The notes below the pieces were generated by a model, which saw only the letters and a list, made by a program, of their open reading frames with translations, did not search any database and had not been told where the DNA came from. Both the position numbers and the translations under genes were made by a program. Of a DNA stretch of 64,000 nucleotides, positions 27,463 to 35,644 are shown in pieces. The stretch lies in the NCBI GenBank assembly GCA_001782045.1, contig MFNK01000008.1:2597-66596 (forward strand), written 5' to 3'. How positions within the stretch are numbered: position 1 is the stretch's first letter; every line of letters begins with the position of its first letter. Source of the stretch: Candidatus Levybacteria bacterium RIFCSPHIGHO2_01_FULL_36_15b (GTDB lineage: Bacteria; Patescibacteriota; Microgenomatia; Levybacterales; UBA12049).

Positions 27463-28509
27463 TTGATATCCTTTGCATCTATGTCAGCAGTTGAAAGACA
27501 AAATGGCGAACACAGCCTGCCTGTTAACATTGCGGATCACATTCGTGCAGAAAGTCAACTCCATCCAGAAGTTACAGGTTCACTGGCGTCAATACTTACA
27601 GATCTTACAAGAGTAGCAAAAGAGATTTCCTTTACCGTAAATACGGCGGGTATTCAAAATCTTTACCGTTCAACTGGAAGAACAAATGCATATGGCGAAA
27701 ACGTAATACAGCTGGATGAAAAGGCAAATCAGCAATTCAAAGATATACTTGCAAATAACGATAACGTTGCTGGGTTTTCTTCCGAAGAAGAAGAAGGTTT
27801 TGTGCCATATCCAAATTCAGAAGATGGAAAGTATATTCTTTGGTTTGATCCCTTAGACGGATCTTCGAACTTTGATATAAATGGTTCGGTAGGTTCAATT
27901 TTTTCAATTTATAAAAGAGTTTCTCCTGATAAAACTCCGGTTGATGAAAAAGATTTTATTCAAAAAGGAAGCGAGCAGGTTTGCGCAGGATATTTTCTTT
28001 ATGGACCAAGCACTATGCTCGTTTACACAGCAAGATTTGGGGTTTATAGATTTACATTAAATCCAAGCGTAGGAGAATTTGTTTTGCCGAAAGAATACGC
28101 ACAAATTGCAACCCCTGATTCGGGAGGAATATACAGCGTAAATGAAGCCTACAGCAATAATTGGCCAGATTCTGTTAAATCTTATGTCAATCACTTAAAG
28201 ACAAGACCGGGTGCTACATCAAGATATGTTGGCTCTTTAGTAGCTGATGTCGATAGGGATTTGTTAAAAGGTGGAGTGTATTTATATCCTGCAGATTCAA
28301 ACCATCCAACGGGAAAATTAAGGTTAAATTGCGAAGCTAATCCATTGGCTTTTGTCGTTGAACAAGCTGGAGGAGCCGCAACAGATGGAACAAATAGGAT
28401 TTTAGATTTGCAACCCGAATCTCTTTTACAAACAACGCCTCTTATAATTGGAAGTAAGAATGAAGTAGAATTATTCAGACAATTTACTCAAAGACCCCTT
28501 TGGCAATAG
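27463..28509 (+). CDS. fbp: fructose-1,6-bisphosphatase class 1
   Basis: WFDPLDGSSNFDINGSVGSIF metal-binding motif. 348 aa. Confidence 0.85.
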   Translation: MISFASMSAVERQNGEHSLPVNIADHIRAESQLHPEVTGSLASILTDLTRVAKEISFTVNTAGIQNLYRSTGRTNAYGENVIQLDEKANQQFKDILANNDNVAGFSSEEEEGFVPYPNSEDGKYILWFDPLDGSSNFDINGSVGSIFSIYKRVSPDKTPVDEKDFIQKGSEQVCAGYFLYGPSTMLVYTARFGVYRFTLNPSVGEFVLPKEYAQIATPDSGGIYSVNEAYSNNWPDSVKSYVNHLKTRPGATSRYVGSLVADVDRDLLKGGVYLYPADSNHPTGKLRLNCEANPLAFVVEQAGGAATDGTNRILDLQPESLLQTTPLIIGSKNEVELFRQFTQRPLWQ

Positions 28510-28532
28510 GCCATCAATTCAACCGTAAGACC

Positions 28533-29360
28533 TTAAACTCTAATTTTAATCCCAGGGGACATTGTGGATTTTAGGGTTATATTGACGATATTTCCTTTTT
28601 TAACAGCATTTACCATTGATTCGATATTCTCGCTCAATTTTTCAGAACCAAAGCTCATTTTTCCAACAGTTAAATGAAGTAGGGGATTTTTAGTTTCTGT
28701 TTTAAAGTTAATTTGCCCGCCTTCATATTTTTTAACAACTTCCTCCGGTTTTGCCGTAATTGTCCCGTTTTTAGGATTTGGCATCAAGCCTCTTGGGCCC
28801 AAAACTTTAGCAACTTTAGCCAGTTTTGGCATCATATCTGGTGTTGCAACTAAAATATCAAAATTTATAACACCTTTTTCTACTTCTGCAATTATTTTAT
28901 CGTCTGCAACTGCCACCCTTGTCTTTTTTCCAGTCCCGTGGGGAAGAGTAACGTTTCCTGAAATGCCGGCAGTTACAGTATTTATATGAAGCTCTACTGT
29001 TTCGTCAAATTTGCCCCTTTGCATTTTTCCTAAAAGTTCCAATGCTTCGGGCAATGGATACAGTTTAGTTCTGTCTAAATTAGATGATAAGTCGTTATAT
29101 TTGGCTGAATGAGGTTCTTTTTGGAATTTTTCTTTTTTTGCTTTTTTAACCTCTTTTTTTTCAGCCTCTTCTGGTTTTGTTTCTATTGTTTCAACCGCTT
29201 CTTCCTGTTCGGCAGGAGGCGTTACTACTTCGGTTCCCTCATCGACTTTTGCTTTTTCAGTCTTTTTAGCCTCTTTTTTACTCGCACGTCTTTCTTCAAG
29301 CCTTTTTGCCCTTGCTGCATCTTCTAGGTCGTCAAATGATTTAACTCTAACTTTTCCCAT
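28533..29360 (-). CDS. rplA: 50S ribosomal protein L1 with a ~90 aa Lys/Glu-rich N-terminal extension
   Basis: The C-terminal ~190 aa match L1 (FDETVELHIN...LPHGTGKKTRVAV...). 275 aa. Confidence 0.8.
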   Translation of the reverse strand: MGKVRVKSFDDLEDAARAKRLEERRASKKEAKKTEKAKVDEGTEVVTPPAEQEEAVETIETKPEEAEKKEVKKAKKEKFQKEPHSAKYNDLSSNLDRTKLYPLPEALELLGKMQRGKFDETVELHINTVTAGISGNVTLPHGTGKKTRVAVADDKIIAEVEKGVINFDILVATPDMMPKLAKVAKVLGPRGLMPNPKNGTITAKPEEVVKKYEGGQINFKTETKNPLLHLTVGKMSFGSEKLSENIESMVNAVKKGNIVNITLKSTMSPGIKIRV

Positions 29361-29786
29361 TTATTTTACTTTTACACCCATACTTTGGGCGACTCCTTCC
29401 ACAATTTTTACAGCCGGTTCTAATTCGTCTGTATTTAAATCTTCCATTTTGTCTTTTGCAATTTGCTCTGCTTGGGCTCTGCTTAATACTCCTGCTTCTT
29501 CGGTTCCGGGTTTTCCTGAGCCCTTTTCTGTATTCAGCGCCTTTTTAATCATTTCGGCAATTGGTGATTTTTTAACAATAAAAGAAAAAGTTCTGTCTTC
29601 GTAAACCGTAATTACAGCGGGAACTATTGTCCCTTTTTGATCGGCTGTTTTATCATTAAAAGCTTTAACGAATTCCATAATAGGGAGTCCGTGTGGTCCC
29701 AAAGCAGTTCCAACGGGTGGTGCGGGAGTTGCCGCACCGGCTGGAATATTTATTTTTATAATTGTTTTTATTTTTTTAGTTGCCAT
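29361..29786 (-). CDS. rplK: 50S ribosomal protein L11
   Basis: IKINIPAGAATPAPPVGTALGPHG. 141 aa. Confidence 0.9.
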   Translation of the reverse strand: MATKKIKTIIKINIPAGAATPAPPVGTALGPHGLPIMEFVKAFNDKTADQKGTIVPAVITVYEDRTFSFIVKKSPIAEMIKKALNTEKGSGKPGTEEAGVLSRAQAEQIAKDKMEDLNTDELEPAVKIVEGVAQSMGVKVK

Positions 29787-29891
29787 ATCTGTTCAAAATT
29801 ATCTGGAAGAGTAGAGAAGTACCTTTTTGAGGTAATCTTATCTACTGGTTCTTTCGACCGAAGTCTTCCAGGTTAGCAATAAGTTTTTGTA

Positions 29892-30752
29892 TTATAACTT
29901 ACTTACTTGTAAAAAGTCTAGTTCAACAGGTGTTTCTCGTCCAAAAATTGATACCAATACCTTTATTTTTCCTCTTGCTTCATCAATATTATCAACTGTT
30001 CCTAAAAAGTCTGTAAATGGACCATCAACAATCTTTACAGCTTCGCCAATTGTAAAGGTTGTTGTAAACAAAGGCTCTTCCGCTTCCATAAATTTTTGAA
30101 TTGCGGCAACTTCTTTTTCGGAAATTGGAGTAGGCTTATTGCCGGCTCCAATAAATGCCGTTACTCCTTGTGTAGTTCGTACCAAAAGCCAGCTTTCATC
30201 ATCCAAAATCATTTTTACCAAAACGTATCCGGGGAATATTTTTTCTTTTACATTCTCTTTTTTGCCCTGACTTACTTTAATTGTGTTTCTTGTAGGAACA
30301 ATAATATCAAAGATTCTATGTTCAAAACCCATTGATTCAACTCTTTGATGCAAGCTTTTTGCAACCTTATTTTCATGTCCGGAATAAGTATGAACTATAT
30401 ACCATTTAGCCAAATCAGATGCTTTTGGTTTGCCTTCTTCTTTCTCGTCCGCCTTAGCTTTAGCGGCGGTGGATTTAGGCTCAATAGCTTGTGTTTCCTG
30501 CGCTTCTTCTCTGTCTTCTGCTTCGTTTCCCGCCTGCATCGCCTGAGGCGAAGCATCTGCGGGCAGGTCTACTGCTTCTTCTTGGGTTTTTCCATCTTCC
30601 TCAGTTGCTTCTATTTGCATGTCGTGCGGTGCTTCCAGTTGCGGTTCGTTCGGAGCCTCAATTTCTTCTACTTTTTCCTCAACAGGGGTTGCAGCCGAAG
30701 TTTGATTTTCGGGCATTTTGTCTTCTGTTTTTTGATTTTGATCGTCGTTCAT
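29892..30752 (-). CDS. nusG: transcription termination/antitermination factor NusG with a ~100 aa acidic N-terminal extension
   Basis: The C-terminal 180 aa match NusG NGN+KOW (WYIVHTYSGHENKV...GEAVKIVDGPFTDFLGTV). The N-terminus is Glu/Ala/Gln-rich. Confidence 0.8.
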   Translation of the reverse strand: MNDDQNQKTEDKMPENQTSAATPVEEKVEEIEAPNEPQLEAPHDMQIEATEEDGKTQEEAVDLPADASPQAMQAGNEAEDREEAQETQAIEPKSTAAKAKADEKEEGKPKASDLAKWYIVHTYSGHENKVAKSLHQRVESMGFEHRIFDIIVPTRNTIKVSQGKKENVKEKIFPGYVLVKMILDDESWLLVRTTQGVTAFIGAGNKPTPISEKEVAAIQKFMEAEEPLFTTTFTIGEAVKIVDGPFTDFLGTVDNIDEARGKIKVLVSIFGRETPVELDFLQVSKL

Positions 30753-30753
30753 A

Positions 30754-30942
30754 TTATCTTACGATTATAATCTCGGTTAGTTTTGTTAGTAAAAAATCAA
30801 TCCCTCCCAAGAATAATCCTACAATTAAACTTACTAAAATTACTACGCCTGTTAATCTAATTACTTCGGCTCGTGACGGCCAAACGACCTTTTTAAGTTC
30901 GTCTCTTACCTCTGCAATAAAACTGACTGGTGTCGTTGCCAT
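30754..30942 (-). CDS. secE: preprotein translocase subunit SecE
   Basis: 62 aa with a single TM. FIAEVRDELKKVVWPSRAEV signature. Located upstream of nusG. Confidence 0.7.
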   Translation of the reverse strand: MATTPVSFIAEVRDELKKVVWPSRAEVIRLTGVVILVSLIVGLFLGGIDFLLTKLTEIIIVR

Positions 30943-31038
30943 AGAAATTAAAACTAATAATTTTTGGGACTTGTCAACATTCTAACAAATAATATTCTTC
31001 ATGTAAAGAAGCTTTAGTATGAACAAAAAGAAAAAATA

Positions 31039-31068
31039 TTGACAGGAGCAGGAGACAAGTTTTACAAT
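31039..31068 (+). promoter_or_regulatory. sigma70-like promoter TTGACA-18-TACAAT upstream of galU
   Basis: TTGACA at 31039-31044, TACAAT at 31063-31068. Confidence 0.4.
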
Positions 31069-31077
31069 CAAAAGTGC

Positions 31078-31965
31078 ATGAGCCATAATAAAGTTAGCAA
31101 AGTTGTAATTCCCGCGGCTGGATTTGGAACCCGTTTTTTACCTCAAACAAAAGCAATGCCTAAAGAAATGCTCCCGATTGTTGATAAGCCTGTTATTCAA
31201 TATGTAGTGGAGGAGGCAGTTGAATCGGGTGTTAAAGATATTGTAATAATTACCGGTTCTAATAAAAGAGCCATTGAGGATCACTTCGATATTTTAAACG
31301 CAGATCTTATAAACAACTTAGAGAAAGGTGGTAAAACCGAACTTATTGAAAAGACCCAGAAAATCTCAAACATGGCAAACTTTATATATATTAGGCAAAA
31401 AGGTCCCTATGGAAACGGAACTCCCATACTTAGCGCAGAACCAGTAATTGACGGCGAACCCTTCGCCGTTTTATGGGGGGATGAATTTATTTATTCTAAA
31501 CCACCAAGGTTAAAACAAATGATAGATGTATATGAAAAATATGGAGGCGTTGTAATTTCGGGAGTTAGGATAAAAGAAAAACAAGATTTAAAAAGATATG
31601 GAATTGCAGATATCACCCAAGTTGAAGGAAACGTTTTTAAAATTAATGAAATAGTCGAAAAACCGAATCCGGATACTGCTCCTTCTAATCTTGCAACACA
31701 CGGCGGATATATTTTGCCTCCTGAAATTTTTAAGGCTTTAAAGAGCGTAGAGCCCGGAAAGGGTGGAGAAGTCTGGTTAGTAGATGGAATTAATAAACTT
31801 AGAGAACAGGGGGTTGATATATATGCTGTGGAAATTGTGAATGGAAAATATTACGATACAGGAAATAAACTGGAATATATGAAAACAGCAATTGAATTAG
31901 CATTGGAGCATCCCGACCTTAAAGAAGATTTAAAAAAATTCCTCAAAGAACTCAACTTGGAATAA
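31078..31965 (+). CDS. galU: UTP--glucose-1-phosphate uridylyltransferase
   Basis: ORF track starts at 31039; ATG 31078 is preferred (MSHNKVSKVVIPAAGFGTRFLPQTKAMPKEMLPIV). Nucleotidyltransferase G-x-G-T-R motif. Confidence 0.85.
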   Translation: MSHNKVSKVVIPAAGFGTRFLPQTKAMPKEMLPIVDKPVIQYVVEEAVESGVKDIVIITGSNKRAIEDHFDILNADLINNLEKGGKTELIEKTQKISNMANFIYIRQKGPYGNGTPILSAEPVIDGEPFAVLWGDEFIYSKPPRLKQMIDVYEKYGGVVISGVRIKEKQDLKRYGIADITQVEGNVFKINEIVEKPNPDTAPSNLATHGGYILPPEIFKALKSVEPGKGGEVWLVDGINKLREQGVDIYAVEIVNGKYYDTGNKLEYMKTAIELALEHPDLKEDLKKFLKELNLE

Positions 31966-32595
31966 ATGAAACTCGGAAAAAAAGAATTTTTAAATTTCTC
32001 ATTTCTTTTTACAACAGTTTTTATTATATTTACAGTTTTAGTTAATTTTAATTTACTTACTAAATTTGATTTTGATACAACACTTATTCTTCAAAAATTT
32101 ATTCCTCAAAGTATAGATACTTTATTTTCTGCATTTAGTCTTATTGGAAATGCAGAAATTGCGGGTTTATTTTTACTTTTAATACTACTTATATTTAAGA
32201 AATTGAACATAATTATTGTGCTCTTATTATTTGTATTACTTCATATCCCGGAACTTTTTTTAAAGTCAAATCTTAGCCATTCGGGACCCCCAATCGAATT
32301 TCTAAGAACCATAAAATTATTCCCAATCCCACAAATTAGTATTCCCGGGGAGTATTTTTCTTATCCCTCCGGACATTCTGCAAGGACAGTTTTTATTTCG
32401 ATTATCTTATTTGTGCTTATTTCCAGGCTAAAATTGTCTAGGAATACGAAGTATTTGGTGTATGGAGCAATTTTAACTTTTGATTTTACAATGTTAGTAT
32501 CAAGAGTTTATCTTGGGGAACATTGGACAAGCGATGTTATCGGTGGCAGTCTTTTAGGAGCAGCTTTTGCCTTTATAGGCATTCTTCTTATTTAG
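31966..32595 (+). CDS. PAP2 family phosphatase (membrane)
   Basis: PSGH (SYPSGHSARTVF) and SRxxxxxHxxxD (SRVYLGEHWTSD) motifs. Multi-TM. Confidence 0.7.
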   Translation: MKLGKKEFLNFSFLFTTVFIIFTVLVNFNLLTKFDFDTTLILQKFIPQSIDTLFSAFSLIGNAEIAGLFLLLILLIFKKLNIIIVLLLFVLLHIPELFLKSNLSHSGPPIEFLRTIKLFPIPQISIPGEYFSYPSGHSARTVFISIILFVLISRLKLSRNTKYLVYGAILTFDFTMLVSRVYLGEHWTSDVIGGSLLGAAFAFIGILLI

Positions 32596-32611
32596 GGTTT
32601 GACATTGTAAA

Positions 32612-32648
32612 CCCTCTTGTCAAGTTGACAAGAAGCCTCTGTATTTTT
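32612..32648 (+). promoter_or_regulatory. promoter-like TTGACA-17-TATACT with palindromic -35 region (CTTGTCAAGTTGACAAG)
   Basis: 8 bp perfect inverted repeat centred on the -35 hexamer, upstream of a ~270 nt ORF-poor leader and the tRNA cluster. Confidence 0.35.
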
Positions 32649-32922
32649 ATACTTTAAATGTTCTTTGGTATAAGAGATAGTTGGTAAGATTTTCTCTACA
32701 AGTTCACTGGGTTTGAAGTATCTTTGCCAGATTGGCAAGGAGACAGAGTGTATAATCTTAGCCTGTGGGTTAAGGTTTAGCTCTCTTAGTTACAGGCTCG
32801 GGGAAACATCAACTATTTCGGTACCAAAGACGAATTTATCAAGTCCTTTAGGCCGAACGCTTTACAAAAACTGTCTCTTGTTCTTTCTTCTTTAACTTCT
32901 TTTTGATAAAATTAGACACACC

Positions 32923-32995
32923 GCCGAAGTAACTCAGTGGTAGAGTAGCTGTTTTGTAAACAGCAAGTCGTGGGTTCGAATCCCACCTTCGGCTC
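32923..32995 (+). tRNA. tRNA-Thr (anticodon TGT)
   Basis: Manual cloverleaf. Acceptor GCCGAAG/CTTCGGC, D-loop AGTGGTA, anticodon loop TTTGTAA, T-arm GTGGG-TTCGAAT-CCCAC. Confidence 0.8.
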
Positions 32996-33044
32996 AGATA
33001 ACTAGCGCATTGACACATGGTATATAACCAAGTAAAATAAGAAC

Positions 33045-33422
33045 GTGAACAGCAAAAAAAAATCTACATTAGCCCTGGCAGAGGCTGTGGCTTATTTTAC
33101 AAAAAATAATGAATCTGTATTTGTTCCTTTTTCCGATACAGATAAGTATGATTTGATCGTGGATAGAAAGGGTTCTTTAAAAAGAGTACAGTGTAAATAT
33201 ACAAACTATAAAGAGCCAAGTGGAGCGTTTATAGTAGATTTGACAACGTTTGGAGGTTATAGAGAAAAAACTTATCATACTAAATATAAGGATGGAGATT
33301 TTGATTTTTTATTTGTTTTTTGCGGTGATCAAACTAAATATTTAATTCCAGGGGAAAGAGTTTTAGGAAAAAGTCATATATCAATTGGAGTTAGAAGTTG
33401 GAAAGAATTTATAATAAATTAA
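33045..33422 (+). CDS. hypothetical protein, possible PD-(D/E)XK nuclease fold, embedded in tRNA cluster
   Basis: 125 aa. D...D-x-DLIVD...K...VQCK spacing is reminiscent of Hjc/restriction-endonuclease-like cores. Weak. Confidence 0.3.
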   Translation: MNSKKKSTLALAEAVAYFTKNNESVFVPFSDTDKYDLIVDRKGSLKRVQCKYTNYKEPSGAFIVDLTTFGGYREKTYHTKYKDGDFDFLFVFCGDQTKYLIPGERVLGKSHISIGVRSWKEFIIN

Positions 33423-33431
33423 TAAGCTAAG

Positions 33432-33515
33432 CTGGGTTCGCGTAGCGGCAATCGCATCTGGCTGTAGACCAGATGCCCGAAAGGGCTGCGGGGGTTCGAG
33501 TCCCTCACCCAGCAC
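33432..33515 (+). tRNA. tRNA-Tyr (anticodon GTA), long variable arm
   Basis: Acceptor GCTGGGT/ACCCAGC, anticodon loop CTGTAGA, variable arm GCCCGAAAGGGC, T-loop TTCGAGT. Confidence 0.8.
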
Positions 33516-33540
33516 AACGCCCGACAAGCTCAGTAAACGT

Positions 33541-33612
33541 GCCGACATGGCTCAGTGGTAGAGCAAGTCATTGGTAATGACTAGATCGTGGGTCCGATTC
33601 CCACTGTCGGCT
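33541..33612 (+). tRNA. tRNA-Thr (anticodon GGT)
   Basis: Acceptor GCCGACA/TGTCGGC, D-loop AGTGGTA, anticodon loop TTGGTAA, T-arm GTGGG-TCCGATT-CCCAC. Confidence 0.8.
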
Positions 33613-33712
33613 CTGGATTCGACAAGCTCACCATTCGCGTGAGATTTTCGAATTCTGATTGTGGGATGAGTTTATCCTGAGCAAGGTCGAAGGAATTCCC
33701 ACTGTCGGCTCA
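33613..33712 (+). repeat. tRNA-like remnant/duplication of the tRNA-Thr(GGT) ends (CGACAAGCTCA...ATTCCCACTGTCGGCTC)
   Basis: 16 nt TTCCCACTGTCGGCTC is repeated exactly (33596-33611 and 33696-33711). The 5' CGACAAGCTCA motif occurs at 33523 and 33619. The middle is unrelated and contains reverse copy 5 of the dispersed repeat. Confidence 0.4.
33674..33694 (-). repeat. dispersed ~20 bp repeat, copy 5 (reverse orientation; plus strand reads ATCCTGAGCAAGGTCGAAGGA)
   Basis: Reverse complement is TCCTTCGACCTTGCTCAGGAT. Confidence 0.55.
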
Positions 33713-33750
33713 GGGTTGAATTAAAACAGCAATTTTCATATAATACTCAA

Positions 33751-33924
33751 ATGGCAAAAAGAGAGCACAGAATTATACTTGGCTTGGTTTGTACAATCTG
33801 CAAAAACAGAAACTACGTTACAACAAGGAATAAAATAAATACCGAAGAAAAACTTTTACTCAAGAAGTTTTGCAAACACTGCAGAAAAGTAACCGACCAC
33901 AAAGAAAACGAGAAACTTAAATAG
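33751..33924 (+). CDS. rpmG: 50S ribosomal protein L33
   Basis: 57 aa, missed by the ORF track. MAKREHRIILGLVCTICKNRNYVTTRNKINTEEKLLLKKFCKHCRKVTDHKE with 4-Cys zinc ribbon. Confidence 0.8.
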   Translation: MAKREHRIILGLVCTICKNRNYVTTRNKINTEEKLLLKKFCKHCRKVTDHKENEKLK

Positions 33925-33929
33925 TTCCT

Positions 33930-34880
33930 TTAATCTACTTTTGTCTTCTTAGCAATAATCTTTTTCATTTCTGAGCGGTTGAATCTATCAATAGAAGAAT
34001 TTGGAGTAAAGCTAACATATGGTATTGTCGCTAAAGTATCCAGTATAAATTTTTTCATATACGGAGGAAGATTCGAGCTCATAGATTCAAGTTTTCGAAT
34101 GTAAGATAAAAGCGTATTGGGTGCATAAACTTGAGCTATTTCATATGGTCTTTTTGTATCAAGGATAAACTGATTAGCCGAGGCTATTTTTAACTTGGTT
34201 CTTTCTGTCGGATTTTCAGAAGTTAAAGCGTAAAATAGGTTGGGATCTTCTTTTCTATAATCGGAAACGTAGTCGACTAAATCATCCAACATTTGTAAAC
34301 ACAAAGAAGCATTCAACATCTCGTCTTTAAACGTAGCTACATCTTGTTTTTTGCCAGAAACTATATTTAAAGCATCAACGATAGTTTCTCCAAATAAGCC
34401 GGTCGTATCTATTCTATATTCAAGTACTTCTTCAAACGGAGAAGTTGATGGATTAAATTTTGCCATAAATTCAGAATGTGCAACGTAGGCTTTTCTTCGA
34501 GCATCAATTTCCATTTCTTCTATCCTTCTTTTAATTTCTAAAGGCATGTTAATATCATTAAACAATTGGGAATTGAGAGCATCTTGAATGTTTTGAGTAA
34601 GTATTTCTTCATCCATTTTGGAGTAAACAGAGTCTTTATCTAGCATGGCATCTGCCATAAACCAGTATTGCAGTATGGAATGTACCAGCTTTCTGGCAAT
34701 TTTCTCTTTATCACTTCCTTTACGGATACCCATCCTTTCAATTACAGGCAAGAATGCTGAGGAATACAGCATTGAAGTTGGTTCCTGACCTCTTTTAATT
34801 TCAAGGCTCCTGTGAATAGAAGATAAAACAACTCTTGAGGTCATGCGCGAAAAACGAAAATACCTTTCGTATTTATTCAT
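33930..34880 (-). CDS. hypothetical protein (possible all-alpha isoprenoid-synthase-like fold)
   Basis: 316 aa. Asp-rich segments (MADAMLDKD, MLDDLVDYVSD) faintly resemble DDxxD motifs. Weak. Confidence 0.25.
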   Translation of the reverse strand: MNKYERYFRFSRMTSRVVLSSIHRSLEIKRGQEPTSMLYSSAFLPVIERMGIRKGSDKEKIARKLVHSILQYWFMADAMLDKDSVYSKMDEEILTQNIQDALNSQLFNDINMPLEIKRRIEEMEIDARRKAYVAHSEFMAKFNPSTSPFEEVLEYRIDTTGLFGETIVDALNIVSGKKQDVATFKDEMLNASLCLQMLDDLVDYVSDYRKEDPNLFYALTSENPTERTKLKIASANQFILDTKRPYEIAQVYAPNTLLSYIRKLESMSSNLPPYMKKFILDTLATIPYVSFTPNSSIDRFNRSEMKKIIAKKTKVD

Positions 34881-34926
34881 CGGGGAATTATATCAAAGCA
34901 GATTAACCATATCAATTCAAAACGTC

Positions 34927-35634
34927 TTAAACGTTGCCTTTTAAATACTTGAGTCTTAAATCCTCTGGAAATCTTTCTATTGCATATCTAAGCATAGTGC
35001 GAGGCATTTTTTTATACCGTGTTTTTAAAAATTCTTCTTCTGCCTCTTGCGATATTCTTTTTCCTACTTCTCTTAACATCCAACCAACAGCTTTGTGAAT
35101 TAAGTCGTGTTTATCATTAAGTAAAATATCTGCAATTGCAAAAGTATCTTTAAACTGTTTTAAAGTCGCAATAAATTGATAAGTAGCCATAATGCTAATT
35201 CTTTTTTCCCATAAACCATCTGATTTTGCTAATTTGTAAAGAATACTTCTGTCCTTGTCTTTTAAATATTCTCCGATAATTCTTGGAGTAGTTACATCAA
35301 CCAAATCCCAACTATTTATATATTTTGTATTTGCTAAATAAAGATTAAAAATTTGTTTTTTAACTTTTTCGTTAGCCTTTTTATATTGCTCAACTAAAAC
35401 AAGAAGCGCAATCATTCTTTCTTCATGAATTTTCGACTGTAAAAGCATGACAACATCTTTTAAGTCCATTTCTTGGTATTTCTTGACTAGATTTCTAATT
35501 TGAGGAAGAGTTAATCCTACAAAAACATCGCCATATCCGTATTCGCCTTTTCCTGTTTTGAAAAATCGCTGTAGCGCCGTTGCTCTTTTGGGGTCTGAAA
35601 TTGTCTTAATTTCTTTCCTTATCTGATTAATCAT
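34927..35634 (-). CDS. DNA alkylation repair enzyme (AlkC/AlkD-like HEAT-repeat glycosylase family)
   Basis: 235 aa. N-terminal KRATALQRFFKTGKGEYGYGDVFVGL signature typical of this family. Confidence 0.55.
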   Translation of the reverse strand: MINQIRKEIKTISDPKRATALQRFFKTGKGEYGYGDVFVGLTLPQIRNLVKKYQEMDLKDVVMLLQSKIHEERMIALLVLVEQYKKANEKVKKQIFNLYLANTKYINSWDLVDVTTPRIIGEYLKDKDRSILYKLAKSDGLWEKRISIMATYQFIATLKQFKDTFAIADILLNDKHDLIHKAVGWMLREVGKRISQEAEEEFLKTRYKKMPRTMLRYAIERFPEDLRLKYLKGNV

Positions 35635-35644
35635 AGAGGAGCTG

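Noticed and set aside
30096-30985. Plus-strand ORFs 30096-30335, 30345-30770 and 30491-30985, antisense to nusG/secE
   Set aside because: They are shadow ORFs of the minus-strand nusG and secE genes, Cys/Phe/Leu-rich with no motifs.
32713-32895. 60 aa ORF in the leader upstream of tRNA-Thr
   Set aside because: It lies in a promoter-to-tRNA leader and has no RBS or motif. More likely untranslated leader RNA.
33516-33540. Possible extra tRNA between tRNA-Tyr and tRNA-Thr(GGT)
   Set aside because: Only a 5'-fragment-like stretch (CCCGACAAGCTCAG) is present. It is too short and has no T-arm or acceptor pairing.
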